64,000 bases of DNA from Tubiluchus corallicola. Its lineage: Eukaryota > Animalia > Priapulida. The DNA is taken from NCBI GenBank assembly GCA_030141605.1, contig JAQGDQ010000103.1:434001-498000 (forward strand), in the 5' to 3' direction. Shown one piece after another: positions 15,085 to 28,075 of this stretch (the first letter of the stretch is position 1; each line of letters begins with the position of its first letter). The notes under the pieces are model-generated. The model made no database searches. It was not told the DNA's origin and saw only the letters and a list, made by a program, of their open reading frames with translations. The translations under genes were made by a program, and so were the position numbers.

Positions 15085-18000
15085 CTAGTATGACTCTACA
15101 AATTTCTGTTCGGTATACTCGCCAGCACTGATGGGTGGATATCTTCCCGAGCCGTCAATTGGTTCAATAACAGTGTTATTATCTGGACGTACAAAGTATA
15201 CAATAGACTGTCTCGCCCCTGAACCTTGTGGGTCATCAGGTATTATAACTCGGTGTTTCTGGAAGTCAAAGGTGTGCATTAGTCTTAATAGAAATCTCAT
15301 TTAAAAGAGAAGAAAGGGAAATTTTAAAGTATATCCCAAAGCACTTTCTATCCATACAAAGTTGGAAATATTAGATACTTAGCTGTTTGAACGACTTATG
15401 TAATTGGAAAAGAAATTTCTTAATAATTTAAAACATTCTCACCAACTGAAATGTAAAAATGTAGACATGTAAAACGACACTTGCCATTTTACATCACTGA
15501 CTAAAAAAAGAAAAAACATTATTGATTTTATTGACAATATAAAGTAATTTAAAACTTTGCTTAGTTACCCAAGCATGCTTCGATTATTTTTCAAACTTTA
15601 CGCAGTATAAGCTTGTTTCAAACGACTTACCATTAAAATTACTGCGCCTAATTGTCTTCACGGAAGTTTAAAGTTTTATACAGAGTTATAGCTAACGCAA
15701 ACTCATGCTGTATGCAACAAGACAGCATGTAAGTGATGCAAAATTTCAAGACGATTTTTAAGCTTCATATATAAAGAGTGTTTTCTTACGCTTTATGTCA
15801 CTGGAACAATTAAGCGCCAGTTAGCTACTAGCCAGAAAAAAAAACAGAATAACGAGGAATTAAGAAAGATTGGAGGTACAAACATTTTTCTAGTAAAAAG
15901 ATGCAAATTTACTGCAGAGATTAACTTGTCCGATGTCCAACGTTGCAACAAGTCAGCGATGTTAACTACAAATGCTCCTTCAACTGGTACTGCTGCTTGA
16001 TATACACCTTCCCTGTTCATTACCTAAAGGTAAACACTGGTTTTACTAAATTACATCCACGCGGACTTGGTGCACCATTTTATATTACATCACGTACCTG
16101 TAGTAGTTTTTGTATAGCCATAATGTAAGAATACACACGATACCGTTATCCGCAATTGTAAGAGAAGCACCAATACAGAAATCATAAATTGATTAATGCA
16201 ATAACTTCATGCGATACGTTCAAAGCATTAACCTTGATCGATTGAAAAACTAAAGTGTTAAAATTTCTGTGATTGAAAATATTTTGAAATAGTAGGCAAG
16301 CGGTTTGTGCCTAAATTAAACCTTTTGTTTGTAAAGAAACGTCGATGTGTTTATATGTACCTAATTATATTGGGGGGTGGGGGTAAAGACCCCCGGGCGG
16401 TTCTTTGCTTTGTTGTACGGAGCAAAACGCTCCTTTGCTAAATTTAACGAATTTTAACCCTACATCGAAACATAGTAGTTAGTAAACGTTCTATCTTGTA
16501 AATTAACATTCCATAAAATACCTTGCGAAAATTACAAGCCTATGCATTAAATAATGTGGACATAGTAGGCTCCGAAATTTGAGGGCTGGCGGGGCTGTTG
16601 CCCCACCTTACTCATACTAATACAGGGCTGTCAGTAATTGCAATAGTGGGTTGCCATTTGTACCTCCAATCCACCGCATCGGTCTTGCCATAGTAATGTT
16701 ATGGATCCATAATCCGAATGTTCACCACATCGTATTTGTCCTGGTTTCACACTCTCTAGTTTTGGTAATAATTAAAGGTTATATATTTACAACTTTGATG
16801 ATTATATATTATCATTATTCACAACATCATACATATACTCTATTTCTCATAAAATAGATTACAATAAAATTACAGTCCTCTGTGTTAAAAATATTTTCAA
16901 TAGTAAAACACTGTTAAAGGCAAATGCACCTGGTGCAAAACTATGAACTAATAGTGCATAAAAGTTAAAACTAAAAGCAATTACATACAAGATACAATAG
17001 CTTCACGATACTATACATAGGCACTATACGATTAGCGCAATATACACATAATACATAATACTATACATAGGTTCAATACCATTAGTAAAGTACATGATAA
17101 ACGTGAAAATTTTCATCAGTATTCACAATACATTCGTATATAATAAATGACAGAAATTCGTGTACAGATTACCGTTTTAATTTTCGAATTATATCTTTCT
17201 TCTTGCGTTGCGACTATTCTCTTTCAATTACTGGGGTCGTGGGTATACAAAATTTGAATTAAAGAAGTTAACGTCATTTACATGAGTTAGTTTTTGAAAT
17301 CTACTTAGTTGCTATTGTTTTAGTTTCTTTTTAAAAATAGCTAGTGATTTTGATTGTTTGATAAGAGATGGGAGGGTTTACCTATTCACTAGGCAAACAA
17401 GCAATTTATCTGTGGAACGCCTTCCCATCTATTATTAAAAATCAGATTCACACTGAAATTCAACAAAATTTGTTTATTGCTGTGTCTATGTCCTGAGTTG
17501 GGTGGCCGAAGGGTTTAGCTTTCGGACAGCCACCAGGCAGTCTGGAGTTTTAGTCTAGTGGCTGTTAACGATTGGGCATATGCCCTGCATGTTATTCGTT
17601 ATTTGTGTGTTGCGTCCTTAACTGTATTGTTAACTGTTAGTCGCTAAATAGCCATTAGTGCCTGTTAAATTAGCGACGGTAAATAAATCTTGTCTTTTTC
17701 GTTTCTTTAGAAAAAATACATAATTGTCAATCATTTTTACTCACCTTCGGGGTTGCTGATGGCCGGATAGTACAGTGACCTCAAGGTTGTAATGTTTTTT
17801 CCAATTCCTATACTTCTGTGATTTTTCTCAAAGAACAGCGGGTCCTGGATGTAAAAAATATATATAACTTATAAAGGAAAGTAATTTGATCGTGCAATTT
17901 GATAAATCTTTAGAACTAAATTCGATTTCGAATTCGATTTGAATTCGAAATTTCAAAATTCCATTAGGGTTTCGAGTTCCAAAGTGACAAATTCGATTCG

Positions 18001-21000
18001 ATTCGCTTTCAGGCACAGAATGCTCACGTCTCGTCCTAGTTAGTGTCCCACAGCGCGTGTTTACCTCAAGTTTCAGGCCAACGGCTATGATGTACAACAC
18101 TCTTAGGGCTAGTTCCTTCAGTCTATTGTAATGATTCATCATAACTTCTCTGAATTCAGGAACGACCTCATCCGGAAAGATCTGCATAGAAAAATAAGTC
18201 CTAATAAAGCAATGAATGATGACCGCGTTTTACAAGCAAAGAATAATTGACAGTACATGTATATCCAAACAAACTACACGTAAATATTGAAATACGAGAG
18301 AGCTCTCCTGAGACCTGTCAATATTAACGGAGAAAAACGTAATGCTCTTCATAGTCTCAAAGATTGGAATTATTTGTTCAGTAGCTTTAGCCCTAGCGGG
18401 CCTCATCAGCTGAATAGAAAGTGCTGGTAACCTGGGAGTGAGTTAATGCACTTCATTTCAGCTGATGTGGCCCGCTAGGGCGAAAACTGCTGAATAAATA
18501 ATATAATGTTTGAGACTATAAATGGCATTATGTTTTTCTCTAAATGTGTATATTGGTTACATTTCAATATAAGTAACATGAATGTCATATGCCATCTACT
18601 ATAAGATAAGCATAGACAGTACAGCATTACGTTAACAAAGTGACTGTTACCACTGTTGAAAATCAGACAGTGTTGCAGACACATGATTCGAAATCAAGAC
18701 ATTACGACGCAAGAGGCCGATAGCTCAGTAGCACCCACCTCTACTGTGGATTTATGATCGTTTATATGCGAAGTGCAAATTAGCATTATTTGTAGTGTAA
18801 TAGTAGTAGCAGCAGTATTCCCTAATTTAAGCGCTAGCGCGAATACAAAAATCTCTGTCCGGTACCTACGTGGTTATTACTAAAAAGCCATTTTACGGTT
18901 CCAGCAATTAATCTTCTTCTTCAAGGTCTCATTCCATCTGTTGCAAAGGTTAAGTGTACCAGACAACTCATTTGTGTACACTTGACAACGCCTCGCAGCC
19001 CATTCGATTGTATTAGTAACAGTTTTAACAGCTAGCTAGGATCTTACCTTGTTCATTTTTGTTGTTCCTAAGCAAGATCTTGCTAGTAAATCATTCTCTG
19101 CACAGACTAATGCATAAGTAAAGCCCACGTAAAACAACTGAAGTTACTGAACTGATGTGGCCGACGGCTTTGCTTTACCCTCGTGTCATGTGACGGCTGT
19201 AGTTAAGAAGCGTCGCTGCTGTACACTTAACATTTTACCTACAGAAACTATGCGTGCGCACAACGAAACTGTGAAAAGGCTTATTGCGTATTTGCATAGC
19301 TCTTACTAGTATATGCAAACGTGCCTTGCAACTGTTCGTGGTGTAGTACGTTTTATGTACCTTTTATGTGATATGGCTCCTAGATAAAAGTGAACCAGTA
19401 ACTGCTTTGGGGTGCCATAAAATACGAGGTTTATATGAATATGAAAGGATGCGCACTTTCTCAAATAACATTTTTTTAAGTCTGGGCCCCAATAATCTGG
19501 CGCCCTTCGAAATTTGGCTCCTACACAGGTTACAGTCTAGTTAGCCTTCTGGTAAGTACGTTCCTGCTCAAAATGGTGACTGTCTTAAAAAAATTGCCAC
19601 AATTACAACGCGAAGGCGATGTTCCTGTAAAACCGATGTTGCTAAATGTAGATAAAAAAAGGCACAGGTAAAAATGTCACAATGAAAATGACATAAATGG
19701 AAAAATAGGAAAAACGGTCAATTGTTATTTTGGTGCAAATAATTTTTGCAATAAAACTAGAATGCGCTCAGTAGGAAGAAGATCTCCGTCAAGGTCGAAA
19801 AATCCTAAACATGTTCGTCTGACTATATACACTATATACATATACTTTAAGGCTATATACATATATAATCAAATGTTATAGACAGCTTTACATAGTTTTC
19901 AAAGCGAGAATTTGTCGAAATGGAATCTGGAACTAACTCCTAGTTGTCCGATTTTGTGGAAATAATATTAATTGCCCTATCTTGTAGACAAGTCCTCCTC
20001 TTTCCAAAGAGCTATATGTCACTCCCTCTGGAAAATCCACGGTGTGCTTTGCGACTGCTTTTGTATTTGGTGTTTGGTGAAGTTGTGTGAAAAAAAATAA
20101 TGGGCGAAAAAAAACGCCACTTTGGTAGTTTTCACCCCTCTCCCGTCCAGGAATCTGCCTTAAATAGTGTGTTTTTTGTGCAATATCCATGTTCTCTACA
20201 AAGTTTCGTGGAAATCTTAAAAGTTGCTTTTGCGTAATATTCTTACTTTTGTATAATTGACAAAAAACGACCAGCCAAACAAACAGAGTTGGAGCATATT
20301 TTACTTGGCTGAGACAAAAATAATTAAAGTAATTATTCCCCACAGTAACTCAAAAGCTAAACTCGTATTCTATGTGTGCCACTTTTCCTATTTTCCCATT
20401 CGTGCCATTTTTACCGCGCACCACTGTTGCCACAAAAGTTGCTAAGAGTAAAGACATGTGTCTTTACTCTTGACGTCTCTGAGAGATAGAGAGTGAACAA
20501 TACATACTGGTTTTTCGTCATCAGTCGTGATGTCATAAGCTTCCCTGATATCAAATGGTCGCTCCTTATTCAAGCTAAAAATACATTTCCATGTTAAAAC
20601 AGGTGTGCGTTACTTTGGCAATAACATAATTTTACGTTTACTGTTGTTGTTGTTGTTGTCGTTGTCATTATCGTTGAGATTGTTACTGCTGCTGCCTCTG
20701 CTGTTGCTGTTGTTGTTTTGTCGTCGTCGTTGCTGCTGCTGCCGCCGCTGCTGCTGCTACTGCTGATACTGCCGCTGCTGCTGCTTGCTGCTGCTGTTTT
20801 CTATTAGTGACTTGTAGTCGTGGATGCTGCGGTTTCACAAATAAACATGTTGCAAAATCTGAGAGGCAGTTTAAATTTATTAGTTTAATACACCGTAACG
20901 CTAATATAAGGTGGGCAAAATAATACTACAAAATAATTACTATGTCCAGCTAGGATGGCGCCACAAATTCTTTACTGCACCTGCATTGCTGAATTGCATT

Positions 21001-24000
21001 GAACTTAGAAATCGGGGTACCTTTGTTCCTTAAATTTACTTACAGTCTTGCCTTCCGTGAAAAACTTTAATTAGGCACACGTTTACTCACTTACGTTTCT
21101 CTGCCTTGGCATACGTAGCCGTTATTCTTGCCAGGTGGACGGCCGTAGTTCCTCTTCACGTCTTCTGGTAAAACGAAGAACTTTTTACTCACCCTGAGTA
21201 CTGCATCTATCTGCATAAGAAAATATTTTACTTGGACTGATAACTTTATGACTTGTGTTTCTCTTTGTTAACTGGCATGCGTATACCGTGTGTACATCAA
21301 CTGGGCGCCTGCAGTTCTTCTTAACTTGTCTTTAACGAACCCTGTATCTGTTTGAAATTAAACTGCGTTAAGGCAAAACTACAACAGCCTTTGCTAATTT
21401 TACTGGTTTTAAAATATTTAATATTTATGTATCCTCATTATTACAAAAATTAGATTTCTTAATACGCAATTTAAAGAACACCGCTTGCATAGCACAAATT
21501 ATTAGTGCCCAATACGTAACGTATTACATACGTTGTGGTTTCAAAGTTCCTGCCATGGCGGTGCGCGGTAAAAATGGCTCAGAGAAAAATGACAAAAATG
21601 GAAAGGCAGGTAGAATGGCACAAGAAAATATGGCACGGTAAAAAAAAGTACAGGAAAAATTGACACATACGTTATTTTGATGCGATTTATTTCTATAATA
21701 AAACTGGAATGCACTCAGTAGGAAGTAGATCTCTGTCTAAGTCGAACAATCCTAAAAGTATTCGTCTGATTATTTTGACGAAAAAAATTTAACACAAAGA
21801 TAAACAAGCAAATGTATAAAAATGTACCTGTATTGGTATTGTATAGACTAAACAAAAGATTCACAAAATATTTGTTCATTAAATAGATTTATGATCAATA
21901 ACGCACGAATGCTCCACACGGTGTTTATCCACCTTTTTCACCATTAATTTTAGCAATGGTAATAGACTGACAAATATTTACGTACCAAGTCACCTTATAA
22001 GGCTATACGCATTAATAAGCAAAAGCTATTAAGCTCGGTTAAGCGAGAATTTCTCAAAATGGAATTGGAACTAACTCGTAATTGTTAGTCCTGGTAGAGA
22101 TAACAAAAAAGAAGCATTAAACACTCCCTCTGAGACCTTCATGAAGTGCTTTACGAATGTTTTTGGTACATGGTGTTCGATCAAGTTTTGCGAAAAAAAA
22201 CCGGCGAAAAGATTCCCATTTTGACACCTCCCAAGCCCGCCTTTCTTCATGAAGTTTCTTAGAAATTTGTTAGATAGTAGTTTTTGTGTAATAGGCGCAC
22301 TGTCATAACAGTCAAAAAACAACCAACCAACCAAACAAACAAACAAACAAACAAACCGTGTTGAAGCATAACTTCCTTGGCAGAAGTAATAATAACTACA
22401 ATAATTATCCGCCACTATGACCATAACCCTAAATACATATTTTACTAAGTGCGCCATTTCTTCCTGTGCCATTTTTACCTACTTTTTCCCATTTGTGCCA
22501 CTTTTTCCTGTGCCTTTTTTCCCTGTGTCATTTTTACCAGTGCCATTTTTTCTAATGCCATTTTAACTGTGCCATTTTTACCTATATTCAAATATGGCAG
22601 TTTCCATGTTGGAGCATTCAGGGATGTCTCATATACATATTAGTTCGGAACCACGGAAAATGTTGTGGAAATTAACCGCAAATCAATTTTGAGTCACGCT
22701 ACGCTGAATGAGGTGCTATAGGTATACGTTTATAAAGAGGATTTAAAAAGAAATTTTAAAATATGATGTCCTAAAAATGTTTCCATGCAAACAAACAGTT
22801 CCATGTTGTTAGAAGGCTTACGTAACAGGTTAAAAGAAAATTCTTAGTAAGTTTTAAAAAATGTTCACGGGACTTCTATGGGCAAGTTTTTTTAGTGCTA
22901 CAGCTAATAAAATCTCTATATGCAATAAGGCAGCATGTAGGTAATACAAAGTTTCAAGACGAATTTTTTTAACTTTATAATAAGAATTCTCTTTCCTTTT
23001 CAAACAGGCTCAATACTTAAATTCCTATAGCACCAATGAGTGGTTTACGTAGGGGCAATCAAATTATAACCTGAGATGTGCAAATATTCTAACCTTGCCA
23101 CGAGTTAACAAAACCAAATCTGGTTTGTACTCTTTCAAGCATTATAGTTTCACATTATGGAACTCACTTGAATTTACGAGAACTATGGATTATTTTAAAA
23201 ATTTTGAATTTTTCCTGGACAAATTTGCCTACTGGTTGTCGATATGACTTTTGTCTTTAAGGCAAAATCTTTAAATCGTATTGTTACGATTTTGTTTACC
23301 AAGTTTAAATGTAGTAAATGAAAAATCTGTAATAGGTTTCATTTTGCACATGAATATTATTTTTAAATATTACTTTCTCTCTGCTTCTTTTACCTATTAG
23401 TCTATATATTTGTGCATCTCAAATTTAAACTAGCTGGTTTGATTTTATAGATTTTACCGTACAAGATGTTTTCAAAGCTTACATCATCATTCATTATCTT
23501 CCATTTTTCTGTAACAATGTACTATTAGTCATTACCTGTATTTTAATACACTTACTTTATTGTCGGTGAAAATTAGCATGTGAGGGAATGTTTATTGTTG
23601 ACATTTGTTTGTAAAAACCGACTTTAAATAAAGTTTAAATGTATATGTGTATCATGTACGTATGTATGTTTATGTAGTTGATGTATATCAACCACTTGAT
23701 GTAAAAATAAATGTGAAACGTTGAAAGCCTAGGGGTGCAGATGGTAAATTGTGCATCAGAAATTTTTGCTTTTTTGGATATCGCAATCAAATTATCAAAA
23801 AAATAGGGCAAAAATAAGGTAATTTTTGGGTACTATGATCGAGCTGTCTTATGTTGTTATTGCAGTTCACTATGCTTTATTATATAATATATGTTTTTTG
23901 TACACATGAAAGGCTCAGTAACACCGGGCTCAAAGTGTTTAATTTTCAATAATTATAATGCCCGTTAATGCAGGGCCGATTATGGCCTTTTTTGGAGCTC

Positions 24001-24794
24001 CTACGCTAATGAAATTATGGGGCTCCCTTAGACGAGCCACCATCTAATTTGCTTGCACTCGTCTCGAATATTTTTTACTTGTGATATATTTTAGCAACAT
24101 TTGCATAGCTGGGGGTCTGAAATTTCCCAATAAAGGGCTTCAAAGAGGAACCTTATCTCAAACAAAAAGCTACAAACAAATAAAATGTCTCAAGTAAAAG
24201 GCCTGAAATAGAGATCCTTTTTCTCAAAAGGGGAGCCACATTAAAATTGAATTTTCAGGGTTCTTGGCATCTTATTAATAGTTGGAATTTTATTTTAAGT
24301 TATTATGGTCATTTTAAGTATGCCCCCCCCCCCCAATGTTAAGGCGCTCTACTAGCCTATAGGGTAATCCAGCTCTGTTTTAATGTGAGACTCATGAATA
24401 ATACAGTATTATAAAAAGTAATACAAGTAATTGTGTTGTGGTTAGTGCTGATAGTACAGGAGAACCGTCTGAACGGCGAACAGTGGACAGTTACGGAATG
24501 TGTGAGAACTGAAATTTGATGGTTGTGCGCGCGTGAAAAACTTAAAACGCGTGCGACGCACGCCTAACGTGTTTTAACAGAGTCTTAAAAGAGTTGGCAC
24601 GTTTGTAAATGTATTTATGTTATTAGTGTACGTACATCGTCTTGCGTTATTCCAGTGTTCGTTATGTAAACAAATCCCACTGTAGTAAAAGCCTTAAGAA
24701 TCTCTTCTGATAGCTGTTTTATGACTCCCAGATCAGCTGTTGTCCTGTCAGGAACGTCCAATCCGAACTCGTTGAAATCTACAGTTGGTATCAT
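15085..24794 (-). CDS. 2-oxoglutarate/Fe(II)-dependent dioxygenase, isopenicillin N synthase-like (DIOX_N + 2OG-FeII_Oxy), 311 aa
   Basis: Eight in-phase exons: 24636-24794, 21095-21210, 20508-20574, 18065-18181, 17745-17844, 16664-16755, 15913-16023, 15085-15258 (936 nt). Motifs: MIPTVDF...GFVYITNTGI (DIOX_N), LRSLYYP, GEHSDYGSITLLWQD (HxD), GGLEV, VVNIADLLQRWT, KHRV (distal His) and RQS (2OG-binding RxS). Confidence 0.93.
17490..17690 (+). mobile_element. tRNA-derived SINE, copy 1
   Basis: A-box-like TGGCCGAAGGG and degenerate B-box GAGTTTTAGTC. Aligns along its length with the minus-strand copy at 50683-50890. Confidence 0.7.
18351..18519. ncRNA. Inverted pair of degenerate minimal hammerhead ribozyme motifs (Penelope-like element remnant)
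   Basis: Minus 18377-18414 reads UUCAG-CUGAUGA-G-GCCC-GCUA-GGGC-UAAA-GC-UA-CUGAA. Plus 18457-18494 reads UUCAG-CUGAUGU-G-GCCC-GCUA-GGGC-GAAA-ACUG-CUGAA, overlapping AATAAA. The arms form a ~70 bp inverted repeat. Confidence 0.6.
19645..20422. mobile_element. Composite element, copy 1: HINE/pearl-like helentron derivative inside inverted GGTAAAAATGGCAC arrays
   Basis: Left array of AAAAATGGCAC-like units and right array of GTGCCATTTTT units. Interior starts ACTAGAATGCGCTCAG...CTCCGTCAAGG and ends with AAAC repeats plus CTTGGCTGAG. Confidence 0.65.
20640..20797. repeat. Mixed (GTT/GTC/GCT)n trinucleotide repeat
   Basis: Read directly from the sequence. Confidence 0.9.
21560..22588. mobile_element. 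Composite element, copy 2 (same family as 19645-20422)
   Basis: Shares ACTGGAATGCACTCAGTAGGAAG and AAGCGAGAATTT...GGAACTAACTC with copy 1. Carries a (CAAC/CAAA)n microsatellite and the 3' hairpin ACTTCCTTGGCAGAAGT typical of HINE/pearl elements, with inverted ~15 bp arrays at both ends. Confidence 0.7.
23970..24377. mobile_element. hAT-like MITE
   Basis: Ends CAGGGCCGATTA ... TAATCCAGCTCTG. Confidence 0.55.
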
Positions 24795-26206
24795 GACTTA
24801 AACACTTAAACAACTCCTTGATCACCACATATAGATCTGAGTGCACTGGACTGTAAGGGCAGGTAAATGGCAGACTTTGGATTTCCTATCAACCTCTCAA
24901 GGTTAAGTAAAACCATCACTCGGTTGTATAAGTAGCTCGATTGCGCTTTAGAAAGCACACGAAACACTACGTTCATTATTTGAGCATTGTTGATCATTGG
25001 TGGACATTAAACGAAAGGCTTACTGGAAGTTAGGCTCATTTCAACGTTCGCAAGAAATACTAGAATTAGAAAGTCTTAGGTATAAAAGTGTGAGAACGCC
25101 TCGTGCAATTGGAAAATCACTATAAAATCGCGATCATTTCATGCTTGGGCGCTCATTTTTCCAGCAATGACGACTTCATTATTTGAAAAAAAGCAGTACA
25201 CTATCTATTTCCGTCAAAAGTATAATGAGCTTTTACAAAAATTAAGCTAATTTTGTGATATTTTTGCCAGAGCATTTGGTACGCTGCAGAAGTTTAAATT
25301 ATTTTTAAAAACGCGCGCGTACGGAAATTCACAGTGCGCTTGCTAAAATTGTCATGAAGTCCATGAAGTCTAGTAGAAGTTATGAAGTCCACTAGTTACG
25401 TCACGATTTTCAAGTGAATGACGGCAACCACCGCGAATGAAAATTTCTGTATAACACTAGTATAAATTAACATTATGCTTTATAGACAGTTTTTGCAAAT
25501 TTCCTTGCTGCATTTTTCTGAGTTAAATTGATAACAGTAAAATAAACCAGACATACTAAATAAGTTGTCCTTTCCTTTAAATAACTTAGGTAGCTGAATG
25601 AAGATCGCCGATTGACGGATTTTCCCTATTTCATAATAAAGGCCATTAAAGTGTATGAACGTCCAAATTTACTATGTTGTTTCCCCTACTAAGTTCTGCT
25701 CTGTAGTAAAAAAATGTGACACTAGTGTGATGATTTGATCATGCGCCGCCTGCAAGAGCAGTGTCTTAATTCTGTTAGCAGTACTTAGCCGTGTTTGGAA
25801 ACACAGAGAAAAGGTTTATTAATAGGATTAATAGAATGAAGTGGTTTTAACTAATTTATTTGGAACCCGGATGTAGCTTTTTCCTGCGGGAATGCTGGAC
25901 CGTCATTGCTGATAAAAGAAGCGGCTTCTAGCAGAGTAGTAGTGCTTATGGTGTTTGATCCACTCCAGCAGTTACTGCAACAAGCTTGACAACATAGACC
26001 AATAACTTTTCCCATTGCAGCAGTAATATGTTGTGGCTTCAGCTAGTGTGTGCGTGAACGTGTTAGGCTGTTGGCCTATTGCAATAATTAAGGCAGCTTT
26101 ATCTCGTTGTGTGGACCTGTAGCTTAAAGCCCAAGCTGCAATTACATGGTGGCGGCTTCACCCTGTTGCAGCATGTTTACATCTCGTATTTTAGTTAGTA
26201 GCATAG

Positions 26207-26290
26207 GTAGCATATAATAGCATAGACGACACATAATAGCGTGGACGACATATAGTAGCGTGGACGACACATAGTAGCATGGACAACGCA
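26207..26290. repeat. 19 bp tandem repeat (TAGTAGCGTGGACGACACA)
   Basis: About four units are visible. Confidence 0.8.
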
Positions 26291-26659
26291 ATACCTACAG
26301 GTAGCAATTTTAATTAGTAGTTAATTACAAGACTGTGCATGCGTGATTTGTAGAGTGTACACGTATGCGAATATTTCTCTCATTTTTCACAAAATTTGGA
26401 AATCTTTGGTACAAATCGAGAATTAATTTTTCTGTGACTTTAACAAGGCACACGTGAATTATGCCTAATCCTGGAAAAGGTAAGAAAAAAGTGAAAATTT
26501 GCAACCAGAGGCAAGAAGTATAACGGCAGCATGTGTGGATGTTTTGAGTTCTACAGACGAATCGGACATATTGATAGTAACTACAGCAGGTGAGAAAGAA
26601 TCAAATTAAAAAATTAGGTCAAGAAAACAGCAAAATGAAATCCCAAATCAAGTTATTTT

Positions 26660-28075
26660 GGATGACGTATCTATTTCAGATGAGGCCGCGGTTGTTGAAG
26701 AAAAATGGAAAAAAGATTTTAAAAGGTTATTCGACAAAATAAAAAACGGTCCAGAAGTACTTTATGACAAAAACTTTTATAGAGAAATAGTTAACCTGAA
26801 GAACTTCTATGAAAGAGAGACAAGTAACTGTCAAGTAAATTAGCCGTTAGCACCCGATATTGGATTCATTTCTGTTGAATAATCCTATATCCGAAGATGA
26901 AGTGAAATTAGTGTTGTCATCAAAAACCTATATCCGAAGATGAAGTGAAATTAGTGTTGTCATCAGCTGAAATAATAAATCTACTGGAGTAGACGGATTA
27001 CCTTACGAAATCTTAAGAAACGACAGTTCCACAATTAGCCTATTATTAAATTTATTTAGGAAATGTTTTGAAAGTGGAATTACTCCTGCAATATGGAATA
27101 GTTGCATAGTAAAGCCTATATCTAAAGCAGCACAAAATGATCCACGTGTCCCACTTAATTAGAGGGGCATAAGTTTGATTTCCACTGTTTCAAAATTTTA
27201 CAGTTCTATTATTAATAATAGATTGATCAAAATTATTGAAAGTAATAATATCCTTTCTGATGAACACAATGAGCTTGCGTCGATCATATTTTTGTATTAA
27301 CTTCTATTATACATAAGCGCCAAGAGTTGTGTTTACCTACCTTTTGTAAACTTTTGATAGAGTTGATAGAGACCTTCTATTTTATAAGATTTTACAGTGT
27401 GGTATAACTGCAAAACTGTATAATGCTATTAAATCTTTATATAGTTGTGATTTAACACTAGATCATGTATTAAATTAAATAATAACCTTTCGGCATAGTT
27501 CTTAACTGAATTAGGCGTTAAACAAGGAAAATAATGTTTCATGCACCCTGTTTTCTATATATATAAACGGATTGACTGAAGATTAACCGAAAACCGTTTT
27601 GTTAATATATTACTATATGCTGACGATATTGTACTTATAGCTGAGTCACCTGAAAGGCTGCAAAAAATGTTGGACATTGTTCGCAATTACTGTCACAAAT
27701 GGCAACTAAATTTGAATGAAGAAAAGACCAACGTAGTACATTTTAAAACCAAGATGATGCCAAAAACTCAATTCTGTTTTACTCGTGGGTCTAATAATTT
27801 ATCAGCTAAAACTCAGTGCAAGTACCTTGGTATTGTGTTAGATGAATTTTTACCTTTTGAGAAAACAGGAGCTATTTTAGCTGACTCAGCTAGTCGTGCT
27901 TTAAGATCAATCATTGCCTAATTGTATACGAGCAAAGGATTGTATTTCACAACTTATATGAGATTGTTTGAGCTTGTGTTTCCAATGCTTGATTATTGTG
28001 CTGTTATATGGGGTTTCAGTTCATGTGAAAAGACTGATTCTATCCAAAATAGGGCCATTCGTTCATATATGGTGA
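26660..28075 (+). mobile_element. Degenerate non-LTR retrotransposon (CR1/L2-group) reverse transcriptase
   Basis: Peptides NNKSTGVDGLPYEIL, IVKPISK...PLN*RGISLIST, GVKQG, LLYADDIVL, NEEKTNVVHF, KYLGIVLDE and LDYCAVIWG, broken by stops and frameshifts. Contains an internal 43 bp-period duplication at ~26884-26965. Confidence 0.88.
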
